Positions 37,212 to 48,773 of a stretch of 64,000 nt of DNA are shown here, piece by piece; within the stretch, counting starts at the first letter, position 1; every line of letters begins with the position of its first letter. The stretch comes from Myxococcota bacterium (GTDB lineage: Bacteria; Myxococcota_A; UBA9042; PHBI01; JAWLBL01): assembly GCA_041687695.1 (NCBI GenBank), contig JAWLBL010000001.1, positions 355,461 to 419,460 of the forward strand, in the 5' to 3' direction. The position numbers and the translations under genes are program-made. The notes beneath the pieces are model-generated. The model did not search any database and had not been told where the DNA came from. It worked only from the letters and a program-made list of their open reading frames with translations.

Positions 37212-39103
37212 GCGGGGCGACGCGGCGCGCGCTGACCGCCACGCTCATTGCGCTCGTCGCCGCGCTGGCCTACGCGCCGGCCTTCGACGCCGGCTTCGCC
37301 TTCGACGACCCGGCCGCCGTCGTCGACAACCCCGTCGTGCGCGGCGAGGCGCCGCTCTCGCAGGCCTTCACCGGCAACTTCTGGGGCGACCGCCCCGGCT
37401 TCGAGCACCTGGCCAGCTGGCGCCCGCTGACCCTGCTGTCGCTGCGCGTCGACCACCTGGTCGGCGAGGGCGCCGCCGCCCCCTTCCACGCCACCAACGT
37501 CGCCCTGCACGCCCTGGCCGCCCTGCTCTGCTGGGTCGCCGCCGCCCGCCTGGGCGCCGCGCCCCTCGCCGCCGCCGCCGCCGGCCTGTTCGTCGCGGCC
37601 CACCCGGTCTTCGCCGAAGCCGTCGCCAGCGTGGTCGGCCGCGGCGACCTCCTGGCCGCCGCCTTCGCCCTGGGCGCCCTCATGCTCTGGCGCGACCGCC
37701 CCGCCGCCGCCCTCGGCGCCCTGGCGCTGGCCCTGCTCTCCAAGGAGACCGCCCTCGCCGCCGCCGCCGCCCTGGCCCTGCACGCCGCCTGGCGTCGCCA
37801 GTGGCCCCGCGCCGGCGCCGTCCTGGCCCTGACCGCCGCCTGGTACGGCGCCCGCGCCCTCGCCGTCGGCCACCTGGGCGGCGCCCTCGACGCCAGCGAC
37901 AACCCGCTGGTCGCCCTCTCCACGGCCGACCGCCTCGTCGCCGGCCTGGGCGTGGTCGGCCGCATGATCGCCTGGACGCTCTGGCCCCAGCCCGTCGCCC
38001 CCGACTACGCCCACGGCGTCGATCTCGCCGGCCCGCTCGCCGCCTACGCCTGGCTCGGCGCCCTCGCCCTCGCCGCCCTGTCCGCCGGCCTCTTCGCCGC
38101 CCTGCGCCGCGACGCCCCCGCCGCCGCCCTCGGCCTCGCCACCGCCCTGGCCGGCCTGGTCCTCGCCTCCAACCTGCTCTTCCCCCTGCCCACCCCGCTC
38201 GCCGGGCGCCTGGCCTACCTGCCCGCTTGCGGCCTGGCCCTCGCCGCCGCCGCCGCCGCCCTCCCCCGCGCGCCCCACCTCGCCCCGGCCGCCCTGGCCC
38301 TGCTCGCCGCCGTGGGCCTGCCCGCCACCTGGGCCACCGCCCACGCCTGGCGCGACGACGCCACCCTGTTCGCCTTCGCCGTCCAGACCGAGCCCACCAG
38401 CGTCCGCGCCCGCGTCAACCTGGCCGCCGCCCTCCTCGCCGGCGACGCCCCCGACGCCGCCCGCCCCCACCTCGAGGCCGCCCTCGCCCTCGCGCCCGAC
38501 CACCCGACCGCCCTGACCAACCTCTCGGTCCTGGCCGACCGCCAGCGCCGCCCCGATGAGGCCCTCGCCCTGGCCCGCCGCGCCGCCGCCGGCGAGCGCC
38601 GCCCCGGCCGCGCCCACGCCAACCTCTGCGCCATGGCCCTGCGCGCCCCCGCCGCCGACCCCGCCGCCCTCGCCCCGACCCTCGACGTCTGCCGCCTCGC
38701 CGCCGCCGGCCTCCCGCGCGCCCCCGAGCCCCGCGTCAACCTGGCCCGCGCCCTCGCCCGCGCCGGCCACCTCGCCGAGGCCGAGGCCACCTTCGCCGCC
38801 GCCCGCGCCCTGGCCCCCGACTCCGAGCTGGTCGCCGGCCACTTCATCGGCTTCCTCGCCGAGACCGGCCGCCCCGACCAGGCCCTGGCCCTGCAACGCG
38901 ACCTCGTCGCCCGCCGCCCCGACGACCCGGTCCGCCGCCGCAACCTGGTCGCCCTGGCCTTCCAGGCCGCCGACCACGCCCGCCGCCAGGGCCGCCCCGC
39001 CGACGCCTGCGCCCTGGCCCGCGAGGGCGCCGCCGTCGCCGGCCCCGTCCCCGCCGTCACCGCCCGCATGCAGGCCCTCTGCGCCGCCGCCCCGCCGCGC
39101 TGA
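37208..39103 (+). CDS. TMTC-like membrane glycosyltransferase (protein O-mannosyltransferase type) with C-terminal TPRs
   Basis: FAFDDPAAVVDNP, NFWG...WRPLT, FHATNVALH, HPVFAEAVASVVGRGDLL, LSKET, RLAYLP, then TPRs. Confidence 0.85.
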   Translation: MSGATRRALTATLIALVAALAYAPAFDAGFAFDDPAAVVDNPVVRGEAPLSQAFTGNFWGDRPGFEHLASWRPLTLLSLRVDHLVGEGAAAPFHATNVALHALAALLCWVAAARLGAAPLAAAAAGLFVAAHPVFAEAVASVVGRGDLLAAAFALGALMLWRDRPAAALGALALALLSKETALAAAAALALHAAWRRQWPRAGAVLALTAAWYGARALAVGHLGGALDASDNPLVALSTADRLVAGLGVVGRMIAWTLWPQPVAPDYAHGVDLAGPLAAYAWLGALALAALSAGLFAALRRDAPAAALGLATALAGLVLASNLLFPLPTPLAGRLAYLPACGLALAAAAAALPRAPHLAPAALALLAAVGLPATWATAHAWRDDATLFAFAVQTEPTSVRARVNLAAALLAGDAPDAARPHLEAALALAPDHPTALTNLSVLADRQRRPDEALALARRAAAGERRPGRAHANLCAMALRAPAADPAALAPTLDVCRLAAAGLPRAPEPRVNLARALARAGHLAEAEATFAAARALAPDSELVAGHFIGFLAETGRPDQALALQRDLVARRPDDPVRRRNLVALAFQAADHARRQGRPADACALAREGAAVAGPVPAVTARMQALCAAAPPR

Positions 39104-39218
39104 CCCGCCCGGCCCGCCTCCCTGGCCTGCCCTCGCCCGCCGCCGAACGATCGCGTATCGTGCCGCCTTCGCAGGTCGCGGGAAGCAGCCCGCCTACCCG
39201 CCCGTTGGACCGGCCACC

Positions 39219-40838
39219 GTGAACCCCTCGCCCCACCTCCTCGACACGCGCCTCAGGCAGCTGTCGCGCCGTCGCGCGCTCGGCCGCGTCCTCGGCGCCC
39301 TCGGCCCGCGCCTCGCCGCGACCCTGGCCATCGCCTGCGCCGCGGTCGTCGTCGCGCGCCTCGCGCTGCCGCAGGCCGCCGACTGGCTGTGGCTCGCCCC
39401 GGCCCTGGCGGCCGCCCTCCCCCTGCTGACCCTGCCCCGCGCCCTGCGGGCCCCGCCGCGCGCCCGCCTCGCCGCCGACCTCGATCTGCTGGCGCACGGC
39501 GAAGGCCTGGTCATGGCCCTGGCCGCCCAGGCCCCCGCCGATCGCGATCCCGCGTGGACCGAGCGCCTGATGCGCCGCCTCGAGGCCGTCGCGCTGCCCC
39601 CCGTCCCCTGGCGCGCCCTGGGCCCCCCGATCGTGGCGGCCGCCGCCGTCGCGGGCGCCTTCGCCCTGCCCCAGCGCCTGCCCGAGCCGCCGCCCGAGCG
39701 CCCACCGGTCGCCGGCTTCTTCGACGAGGCCCGCCGCCGCCTCGACGCCCTGGCGGCGCGCGGCCTCCTGCCCGAGCCGCAGCGCGCCGAGCTGGAGCGG
39801 CAGATCGAGCGCCTCGAGGCCGAGGCCGCCCGCACCGGCATGAGCCAGGCCGCCTGGGACGGCCTGGACCGGGTCGACGAGCAGGCCCGCGCCACGGCCA
39901 CCCAGGCCACCCGCCGCCTCGCCGAGGCCATGGTCGCCGCCGAGCGCGCCCGCGGCCTGACCGTCGACCCGCCCGCCCCCGAGACGCCCGAGCTGGTCGA
40001 CCCGGACGACCCCGACGCCGACGACCCCGAGCGCCCCGAGCCGCGCAGCCGCTTGAAGCGCAAGCCGAAGGAGCCGGAGCCGAGCGACCCCGACGCGCCG
40101 GCCGCCCGGGCCAGCCGCCGCAAGCGCCTGCTCGAGCGCCTGACCCGCGAGTCCGATCGCAAGGCGCTGCAGCGCTTCGCCCGCGGCCTGGGTGAGCTGG
40201 CCGAGGCCGCGCCGGATCTCATCCCGCGCCTGGACGACGCGATGCTCGACGAGCTGGACCGCCTGCTCGAAGCGCTGGGCCCCGACGCCGGCCTCACGCC
40301 AGAGCAGCTCGAGGCCCTGCGCCGCGCCGCGGGCGGTCAGGCGGGCCAGGGCGGCCAGGGCGGCCAGGGCGGCGCGCGCCCGATGACCCAGGACGAGCTG
40401 GACGAGCTGGTCGAGGCCCTGCGCCGGCGGCTGCAGGGCGAGGCCGACGGCCTCGACGGCACCGAGCACGGCCAGCGCCTGGCGGTCCTGCTGCAGGCCA
40501 TGCGCCAGCTGGCCGGCGGCGACCCAGGGCGCGGCGGCGGTCCGGCCCCGCTCACCCGCGACGGCCGCCCCGCCGGCCCGGCCGGCCAGGTCACCGCCCT
40601 GCCCCCCGGCCTGCCCGACGATGGCGACGGCTCGGTGACGCTGGCGGTCGAGACCCGCGCCCCCGAGCTCGACGACGCCGCCCGCCGCGAGCTGGTCCGC
40701 GCCGCCGCCCAGGCCATGGACCCCGCCCGCGCCGACGCCCGCCGCGCCCACGTCGCTCCGCGCCACAAGGCCGTCGTAGGCCGCTACTTCGAGGCGGGCG
40801 CCGCCCCCGCCCCCGCCCCCGCCCCCCAGCCCGAGTAG
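39219..40838 (+). CDS. Membrane-anchored coiled-coil hypothetical protein, first gene of the MoxR operon
   Basis: N-terminal TM helices, helical body and C-terminal VAPRHKAVVGRYF. Ends 7 bp before the MoxR gene. Confidence 0.72.
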   Translation: MNPSPHLLDTRLRQLSRRRALGRVLGALGPRLAATLAIACAAVVVARLALPQAADWLWLAPALAAALPLLTLPRALRAPPRARLAADLDLLAHGEGLVMALAAQAPADRDPAWTERLMRRLEAVALPPVPWRALGPPIVAAAAVAGAFALPQRLPEPPPERPPVAGFFDEARRRLDALAARGLLPEPQRAELERQIERLEAEAARTGMSQAAWDGLDRVDEQARATATQATRRLAEAMVAAERARGLTVDPPAPETPELVDPDDPDADDPERPEPRSRLKRKPKEPEPSDPDAPAARASRRKRLLERLTRESDRKALQRFARGLGELAEAAPDLIPRLDDAMLDELDRLLEALGPDAGLTPEQLEALRRAAGGQAGQGGQGGQGGARPMTQDELDELVEALRRRLQGEADGLDGTEHGQRLAVLLQAMRQLAGGDPGRGGGPAPLTRDGRPAGPAGQVTALPPGLPDDGDGSVTLAVETRAPELDDAARRELVRAAAQAMDPARADARRAHVAPRHKAVVGRYFEAGAAPAPAPAPQPE

Positions 40839-40845
40839 GTCGCCG

Positions 40846-41840
<995 letters not shown>

Positions 41841-41844
<4 letters not shown>

Positions 41845-43493
41845 ACCCCCTCGCCGCGGCCCTCGCGGCCACCATCGCCCTCGCGGCCACCACGCCCGCC
41901 GCCGCCCAGCCGCGCGTCTCCGTCACGGCGACCACGCCGTGGGCCAACGACGGCGGCTACACCCCGGTGGTCGTCCGCGGGCACGCCCCCGGCGCCTCCA
42001 GCCTGACCCTGAAGGCCAGCTGCTCGGTCATCTCGGCCGAGGCGACCGTGGCCCCCGCCGCCGACGGGACCTTCGTCGCGACCGTCGCGCTGCCGCCCGT
42101 CACGCGCATGGGCGGGACCTGCTACGCGCCTCGGGTCGACTGGCGCGCCGACGACGGCCGCTCGGGATCGGCGCACGCGCAGGTGATCATCGCGCTCAAC
42201 GGCGCCGGGATCGCCCTGGTCGACCCCGCCGGGTCGCTGCCCCCCGTGAGCCGCTGGCGCGTGCACGTCGACGTGAAGACGGTCGAGCCCGGCGACCTCC
42301 CCGACCGCTGGCAGACCTACCCTCAGTGGCTCCCGTTGATGCTGACCCCCGAGGCCCAGGCCCGCCTGAGCGAAGCGCAGCGCCACGCGATCGCCACCTG
42401 GACCCAGAGCGGCGGCCGCCTGCTGGTCACGACCGCGGCCCAGACCGCCGAGTGGGAGGCGCGCGCGGGCGCGGCCGTCGCGATCCGCCTCGACGGGACC
42501 GAAGAGGTCGGCTTCGTGGACGACCGCCTGCCCGGGGTCCCCACCGACGTCGCCGCGCCGACCGACGTCGCCTTCGGGCGCGTCGTCGACGAGGTCTTGG
42601 CCCGCCGCTACTGGGGCCCCATCAGCTGGCCAGTCCCAGGCACCGAGGACATCCCGGTCGACGGGTTCCTGCTGCTGGTCATCGCCTTCGCCCTGGTCGC
42701 CGGCCCGCTCAACCTGTGGTGGGTCATCCGCCGCCGCCGCCAGCGCGCCGCCTTCCTGTGGACCACACCCGCCCTCAGCGCCGCCACCTGCGTGGCCCTC
42801 ATCGCCTTCAACCTGGTCAGCGAGGGCGTGACCACCCGCCGCGTCCACAACGAGCTGACCTTCATCGACGTCGCCCACCACCGGGCCTTCTCCTGGCAAG
42901 CGATGAGCTTCTTCGCCCCCTTCGGCGAGCCCTCCTGGCAGCTCGGCCTCGACGACCAGGTCCTGCCCCTCGACCCCGACCACCGCCACGACGACTGGCG
43001 CTGGGACGTCGAGCCCGACCCCCTGCAGCTCGCCTGGCGCCCGGACGCCCAGCTCGCCACCGGCGCCTGGGTCCCCGCCCGCAAGACCCGCCAGCTGGTC
43101 GTCGCCGCCCCGCGCCCCGAGCGCCAGCGCCTCCTCGTGCGCCCCGACGGCGCCGCCTACCGCCTCACCAACGGCCTCGACCGCACCCTGGTCTGGGTCG
43201 CCTGGTTCGACGGCCGGGGCCAACCCTGGGTCGCCCGCCAGGTCGCCCCGGGCGCCGAGGTCACCCTCGAGCGATCGACCCGCGATCTGGTCCTGGACGA
43301 CGCCGAGCACCCACCCGACCTCTTCGGCGCCGCCGCCCGCGGCCAGTATTACGCCAGCCAGGCCCCCCACCACTTCCGCGCCCAGCTCGACGGCCCCCTC
43401 GCCGCCGCCCCCGGCCCCGACGCCGACGACGTCACCGCGCCGCGCGCCTGGGCCTTCGGCCGCCTCGCCCCCGACGCCGCAGGTGCCCCGTGA
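41841..43493 (+). CDS. Exported/membrane hypothetical protein
   Basis: Signal peptide and two TM helices (FALVAGPLNLWW; WTTPALS). ATGA-coupled within the operon. Confidence 0.8.
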
Positions 43494-44458
43494 CCACGCC
43501 CCTCGTCCAGGTCCACCAGCTCACGCGCCACTTCGGCCAGGTCCGCGCCGTCGAGGACGTCTCCTTCAGCTTCGGCGAGGGCCAGATCTTCGGCTTCATC
43601 GGCCCCAACGGCGCCGGCAAGTCCACCACCATGCGCATCCTCGCCGGGCTCGACATCCCGACCCGCGGCGACTGCACCGTCGCGGGCCTCAGCACCGTCG
43701 ACGACTCCGACAAGGTCCGGCGCCTCATCGGCTACATGCCCGACGCCTACGGCACCTACCCGAACATGGACGTCGTCGACTACCTCGACTTCTTCGCCCG
43801 CGCCTACGGCCTCCGCGGCCCCGCTCGCCGCCGCGCCGTCCAGGACGTCGTCGCCTTCTGCCAGCTCGGGGGCCTCGCCGACAAACCCATCACCACCCTG
43901 TCCAAGGGCATGAAGCAGCGCCTGTGCCTGGGCCGCTGCCTCATCCACGACCCGCCGGTGCTCATCCTCGACGAGCCCTCGGCCGGCCTCGACCCGCGCG
44001 CCCGCATCGAGTTCCGCGAGCTGCTCAAGCTCCTCGCCGCCCAGGGCAAGGCCATCTTCATCTCCAGCCACATCCTGGCCGATCTGCAGGAGCTGTGCGA
44101 CGCCGTCGCCATCATCGAGCAGGGCCGCCTGGTCGCCACCGGCGCCGTCGCCGACATGAAGCAGGCCGCCCGCTCGGCCCGGCGCGAGGCCCGCCCCGAC
44201 GCCGACGTCCACGTCCTCGAGCTGCGCCTGTCCGCCCCCTTCGAGCGCCTGCCCGAGCTGCTGGCCGAGCAGGCCGAGCTCTCGGACGCCCTGACCTCGG
44301 CCACCCAGGCCACCGCCCGCTTCGCCGGCGACGACGCCCAGCTCGCGGCCCTGCTGCGCCGCCTGGTCCAGGCCGGCGTCCCCGTCTGCCACTTCGCCAC
44401 CCGCGACGACAACCTCGAGGACCTCTTCATGCACCTCACCGAGGGGCGCGTCCAATGA
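43490..44458 (+). CDS. ABC transporter ATP-binding protein
   Basis: GPNGAGKST, LSKGMKQR, LILDEP, ISSH. Confidence 0.95.
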   Translation: MTTPLVQVHQLTRHFGQVRAVEDVSFSFGEGQIFGFIGPNGAGKSTTMRILAGLDIPTRGDCTVAGLSTVDDSDKVRRLIGYMPDAYGTYPNMDVVDYLDFFARAYGLRGPARRRAVQDVVAFCQLGGLADKPITTLSKGMKQRLCLGRCLIHDPPVLILDEPSAGLDPRARIEFRELLKLLAAQGKAIFISSHILADLQELCDAVAIIEQGRLVATGAVADMKQAARSARREARPDADVHVLELRLSAPFERLPELLAEQAELSDALTSATQATARFAGDDAQLAALLRRLVQAGVPVCHFATRDDNLEDLFMHLTEGRVQ

Positions 44459-46017
44459 GCCTCAGCCCGCCCGAAGCCGCCCCCCTCTCGCCCCCGCCCT
44501 CCCCGCCTGAGGGCGCGCCGCCCCGCCGCGCCGCCCTGCGCGACCTGGCCCACGCGCTGGCCGACCGCGCCAACCCCGTGCTGGTCCGCTTCGTCCGCCA
44601 GCAGCTCAAGAGCCGCGCCTTCCTCCTCCTCTACGTCGTCACCCTCCTCGCGGCGACCCTCTTCAGCCTCTCCCTCGGCTCGCGGTCCGCCCAGATGGCC
44701 GAGGGCGACGCCGCCCTGAACCTCCTCGGCGCCCTCGCCGCCGTCTGGAGCCTCGCCGTCTGGGTCTTCGAGCCCATCAGCGTCTACCGCGCCGTCACCG
44801 CCGAGCGCGAGGACGCCACCTGGGATCTGGTCGAGCTGACCGGCATGCGCCCGCGGGTCGTCCTGAGCGGCCTCCTCCAGGCCGCCGCCGTCCACTCGGC
44901 CCTGTACGCCGCCGCCATCGCCCCCTTCGTCCTGATGGCCTACCTCCTGCGCGGCGTCGACCTCGCCACCCTCATCACCCTGCTCACCTACGTCCCCCTG
45001 GTCGGCCTCGCCGGCGTCGCCACCGGCATCTTCGCCGGCTGCGTCGGCACCACCCGCGCCGTCCGCAGCCTCACCAGCGTCGTGCTGACCCTGGGCTGCG
45101 TCGGCGTCTGGCTGACCCACATGAACCTGTGGGGCGACTTCGACGACTTCGCCCGCGGCGTCCAGCGCCTGCTCCACGGCCCGCTGCCGCTCGCCATCAC
45201 CGGCATGTACTTCAACTTCTTCGCCGCCTGGATCCTGCTCATGCTCAGCCTCTCGGCGGGCCTCATCACCTCGCGGGTCGCCAACCGCTCCACCCTGCCG
45301 CGCCTGGTCTGGATGCTGCTCAGCCTCAACGCCATCGGCTGGCTGGTCGCCCTGGGCCTCATCGGCGGCGAGCTCGAGGCCACCCTGACCGTCGCCGCGG
45401 TCTGCGGCGCCGTCGCCACCCCGCTGCTAGGCCTGTTCTCCGTCACCGAGGACTGGACCCTCACGCCCCGCCAGGCCCGCGACCTCCGCTCCGCGCGCCC
45501 CTGGGTCCGCCCCTTCATGGTGGTCCTCGGCCCCGGCGCCGCCCGCGGCCGCCTGGCGTTCCTGGCGATGGCCGCCGTCACCATCGGCCTCGCCCTGTGG
45601 GCGCTGGCCAACCACCGCACCGACGAACCCGCCCTCTTCGCCCTCAGCTTCCTCGCCCTGACCAGCTTGTACCTGCTGGTCGGCGACACCCTGGCCCGCG
45701 GCCCCTTCGCCCGCCTCTGCCCCACCGCCACCCACCGGCGCGCGCTCATCCTCGTGATGCTGGTCCTTGGCGCCATGCTGGTCGCCGTGCTCGGCGCGAT
45801 GAGCGCCTTCCAGGTCCAGGAGGTCGCCCTCATCGGCCCCTTCCCCGGCGCCTGGGTCATCGCCGAAGGCGTCGTGGCACCCACCTCGGTCATGGCCGTC
45901 CTGGCCGCCGGCGTCCTGGCCCTGACCATCCTGACCGCCCAGGCCCTGGGCCGCCTGCGCGTCACCACCCAGCAGGTCTTCGCGCGCGGCGACGACCGCA
46001 ACCCGCGGGCCGGGTGA
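44455..46017 (+). CDS. ABC transporter permease-like multi-pass membrane protein
   Basis: NPVLVRFVRQ, AEREDATWDLVELT and many TM helices. Confidence 0.85.
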   Translation: MSLSPPEAAPLSPPPSPPEGAPPRRAALRDLAHALADRANPVLVRFVRQQLKSRAFLLLYVVTLLAATLFSLSLGSRSAQMAEGDAALNLLGALAAVWSLAVWVFEPISVYRAVTAEREDATWDLVELTGMRPRVVLSGLLQAAAVHSALYAAAIAPFVLMAYLLRGVDLATLITLLTYVPLVGLAGVATGIFAGCVGTTRAVRSLTSVVLTLGCVGVWLTHMNLWGDFDDFARGVQRLLHGPLPLAITGMYFNFFAAWILLMLSLSAGLITSRVANRSTLPRLVWMLLSLNAIGWLVALGLIGGELEATLTVAAVCGAVATPLLGLFSVTEDWTLTPRQARDLRSARPWVRPFMVVLGPGAARGRLAFLAMAAVTIGLALWALANHRTDEPALFALSFLALTSLYLLVGDTLARGPFARLCPTATHRRALILVMLVLGAMLVAVLGAMSAFQVQEVALIGPFPGAWVIAEGVVAPTSVMAVLAAGVLALTILTAQALGRLRVTTQQVFARGDDRNPRAG

Positions 46018-46023
46018 CCCGCC

Positions 46024-46887
46024 GTGGCCGCCCCCCGCTGGGACGACGCCGCCGCGCAGGCCCTCGCCGCCCGCCTGCGCCTGCACCCGGCCGGCCGCCG
46101 CCGCCGCCAGGACCCGGGCGCGCGCCTGGGCGCCGGCCCGGGCGCCAGCCTCGAGTTCCACGACCACCGCGACTACCTGCCCGGCGACGACCCGCGCCAC
46201 ATCGACTGGAACGTCCTCGCCCGCACCGGCTCGCTGGTCCTGCGCCGCCACCAGCAAGAGGTCAGCCCCCGCGTCGAGATCCTGCTGGACGCCAGCGCCA
46301 GCATGGCCGTGACCGACGCCAAGGCCGCCCTGGCGCTGGGGCTGGTGGCCCTGCTGACCCGCCTGGCCGAGGCCGAGGGCGCGCGCGTGCGCCTGTGGGC
46401 CCTCGCCGACGCCGCCCGCCGCCTGGGTGAGGGCGCCCGCGGCGCCTGGCTGCCCGCCCTGACCTCGCTGCGCTTCGAGGGCCGCGCCGGCCTCGAGCTG
46501 ACCCCCGGCCCGCCGCTGGCCAGCGGCAGCGAGCGCCTGGTGGTCTCGGACGGCCTGTGCCCCGGCGGCGCCGACGCCGTGGTCCGCCGGCTGGGCCGCG
46601 ACGCCGGCTCGCTGACCCTGGTGCAGGTCCTGACCGACCGCGAGCGCGACCCCACCCCGCTGGGCCCGGTGCGCCTCGAGGACGTCGAAGGCGGCGGCCT
46701 CGACGTGGTGCTCGACCAGGCCGCCTGCGACGCCTACAAGGGCCGCCTGGCCCGCCACCAGGACGGCTGGCGCCGCGCCCTGTCCGGCCGGGGCGCGGGG
46801 CTGGTCACCTGCTCGCCGGAAGCCGGCCTCGAGGCCGCCGCCCAGGCCCTGGTCGCCGCGGGCCTGCTCGAGGCGAGGCTGCGATGA
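46024..46887 (+). CDS. DUF58 domain protein
   Basis: SLEFHDHRDYLPGDDPRHIDWN, LLDASASM, VVSDG. Confidence 0.93.
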   Translation: MAAPRWDDAAAQALAARLRLHPAGRRRRQDPGARLGAGPGASLEFHDHRDYLPGDDPRHIDWNVLARTGSLVLRRHQQEVSPRVEILLDASASMAVTDAKAALALGLVALLTRLAEAEGARVRLWALADAARRLGEGARGAWLPALTSLRFEGRAGLELTPGPPLASGSERLVVSDGLCPGGADAVVRRLGRDAGSLTLVQVLTDRERDPTPLGPVRLEDVEGGGLDVVLDQAACDAYKGRLARHQDGWRRALSGRGAGLVTCSPEAGLEAAAQALVAAGLLEARLR

Positions 46888-48773
46888 GCGTGGGCGCCGT
46901 CGGCATGGGGGTCGTCTTCGGCCAACCCTGGGGCCTGCTCGCCCTGCTGGCCATCCCGGCCATCCTGGTCCTGCACCTGTTGCGCCGCCGCTTCCGGCCC
47001 ACCCCGGTCAGCGGCCTGTTCCTGTTCGGAGAGGTCACCCCCTCGCCGGCCTCCGGGCGCCGCCGCGAGCGCCTGCGCCGCACGCCCAGCCTGTGGCTCG
47101 AGCTGCTCGCCGCCCTGGCCGCCACCTTCTGGCTTGCGGACCCGCACACCGACACGCGCGAGGCCGCCCACCACGTCGTGGTGGTCCTGGACACCCGCGC
47201 CCGCCTGGACGCTCGCGCCCCCGACGGCCGCAGCGCCCGCGACCGCGCCGCCGCCGCCCTCGAGACCCGCATGGACGCCCTCGGCGCCGGCGACCGGGTG
47301 ACGCTGGTCCTCTCGGGCGCCCCGCCGCGCCTCCTCGCCGGCCCCGCCGCCCGCCCCGACCAGGCCCGCGCGGCCCTGTCGGGCTGGCGCGCCGACGCCC
47401 CCTGGCACCCGCTGGACGACGCGCTGACCCTGGCCCTGGATCTCGCCCGCGGCGGCCAGGGCGACGACGCGCCGGCCCAGGGCGTGGTGCTGCTGGCGAC
47501 CGACCACGTCCCCGCCCGCTTGCCCGACTCGGTGGGCCTGGTCGCCGCCGGCCAGCCCCTTCCTGCCTCGGGCCTGGCCGACGTCCGCTGGCTGCCCGCC
47601 TCGGCCCAGCACCCCGAGCGCCTGGTCGTCCGCGCCGCCGCCTTCGGCGCCCCCCGCGCCCGCACCCTGCTGGTGCAGGCCCCCGACGGCCGCGAGGTGG
47701 CCCGCCGCCCGCTGACGCTCTCGCCGGACCAGCCCGCCCACGCGGTCGTGGCCCTGGCCGCCCCGGGCGCCGCCTCGGATCTGGCCGGCCTGACGGTCCG
47801 CCTCGAGGGCGACGACCCGCTGGCCTTCGACGACGCCGCGCCGCTGCTGCCCCCGCCGCCGCGACAGGTCCGCGTCCACCTGGCCCCCGGCCTGCCCGGC
47901 GAGGCCGTGGTGCGCCGCATCGCGCAGGCCGTGGGCGACGTCCGCCTGACCTCGGCCGCCGAGGCCGATCTGATCGTCGGCGGCCCCGGCGCCGAAGCGC
48001 CCGCCCCGGGGATCTGGACCCTGGCGGTCACCCCGGGCCCCGCCCCGCCCGTCCTGGGCCCCTACCTGGCCACCCGCGGCCACCCGGTGCTGGCCGACCT
48101 CGACTTCACCGGCTGCGTGTGGGCGGGCGGCCTGCCGGCGGCCCAGGTCCCGGCCGGCGAGGAGCTCCTGCTGGCGGCCGGCGACGCGGTCCTGCTGACC
48201 CAGCGCCGCGCCGGCCGCGCTCTCCACCTGACCCTGCACCTGGATCTGCAGCGCTCGCTGCTGACCGAGCACCCCGCCCTGCCGGCCCTGTTCGCCAACC
48301 TGCTGGCCGCGCGCCGCGACGCGCTGCCCGGCCCCACCCGGGTCAACCTGCCGCTGGGCCAGCCGACCACCCTGGGGCTGCCCTTCGGCGCCGACGTCCT
48401 ACAGCTGACCCCGCCCGACGGCCCGCCGGTGGTGCTGCAGGCCGACCCCCAGGGCCGCGTCCTGCTGCAGGGCCTGAGCCGCCCCGGCCTGCACACCCTG
48501 CGCGCCGTGGGCCCGCTGGCGCCCGCCGACGCCAGCTGGCGGGTGCAGGGCCTGTTGCTGGACCCGCGCCTGGCGGATCTGTCCGAGGCCGCGACCGAGA
48601 CCCGCGAGCCGGCCACCGCGGCCCGGGCCCGGGTCGAGCGGCGCCGCGGCCCGCTGGGCCACCTGCTGCCCCTGGTGGCGCTGGCGCTCCTGGCGCTGGC
48701 CGCCGTCCGCGCCCACGCCCGCGAAGGCGGCGCTGCGCCCCGTCCCGCGCCCGCCGTCCGCGAGGCCGCCTGA
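46884..48773 (+). CDS. BatA-domain / vWA-like membrane protein
   Basis: FGQPWGLLALLAIPAILVLHLLRRR, VVVLDT...LLATD (degenerate MIDAS), C-terminal TM. Confidence 0.85.
   Translation: MSVGAVGMGVVFGQPWGLLALLAIPAILVLHLLRRRFRPTPVSGLFLFGEVTPSPASGRRRERLRRTPSLWLELLAALAATFWLADPHTDTREAAHHVVVVLDTRARLDARAPDGRSARDRAAAALETRMDALGAGDRVTLVLSGAPPRLLAGPAARPDQARAALSGWRADAPWHPLDDALTLALDLARGGQGDDAPAQGVVLLATDHVPARLPDSVGLVAAGQPLPASGLADVRWLPASAQHPERLVVRAAAFGAPRARTLLVQAPDGREVARRPLTLSPDQPAHAVVALAAPGAASDLAGLTVRLEGDDPLAFDDAAPLLPPPPRQVRVHLAPGLPGEAVVRRIAQAVGDVRLTSAAEADLIVGGPGAEAPAPGIWTLAVTPGPAPPVLGPYLATRGHPVLADLDFTGCVWAGGLPAAQVPAGEELLLAAGDAVLLTQRRAGRALHLTLHLDLQRSLLTEHPALPALFANLLAARRDALPGPTRVNLPLGQPTTLGLPFGADVLQLTPPDGPPVVLQADPQGRVLLQGLSRPGLHTLRAVGPLAPADASWRVQGLLLDPRLADLSEAATETREPATAARARVERRRGPLGHLLPLVALALLALAAVRAHAREGGAAPRPAPAVREAA

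Noticed and set aside
47093..48772. N-terminal extension of the 1478-aa vWA ORF
   Set aside because: Out-of-frame overlap with the BatA gene. The real start is ATG 48773 (TGATG coupling).
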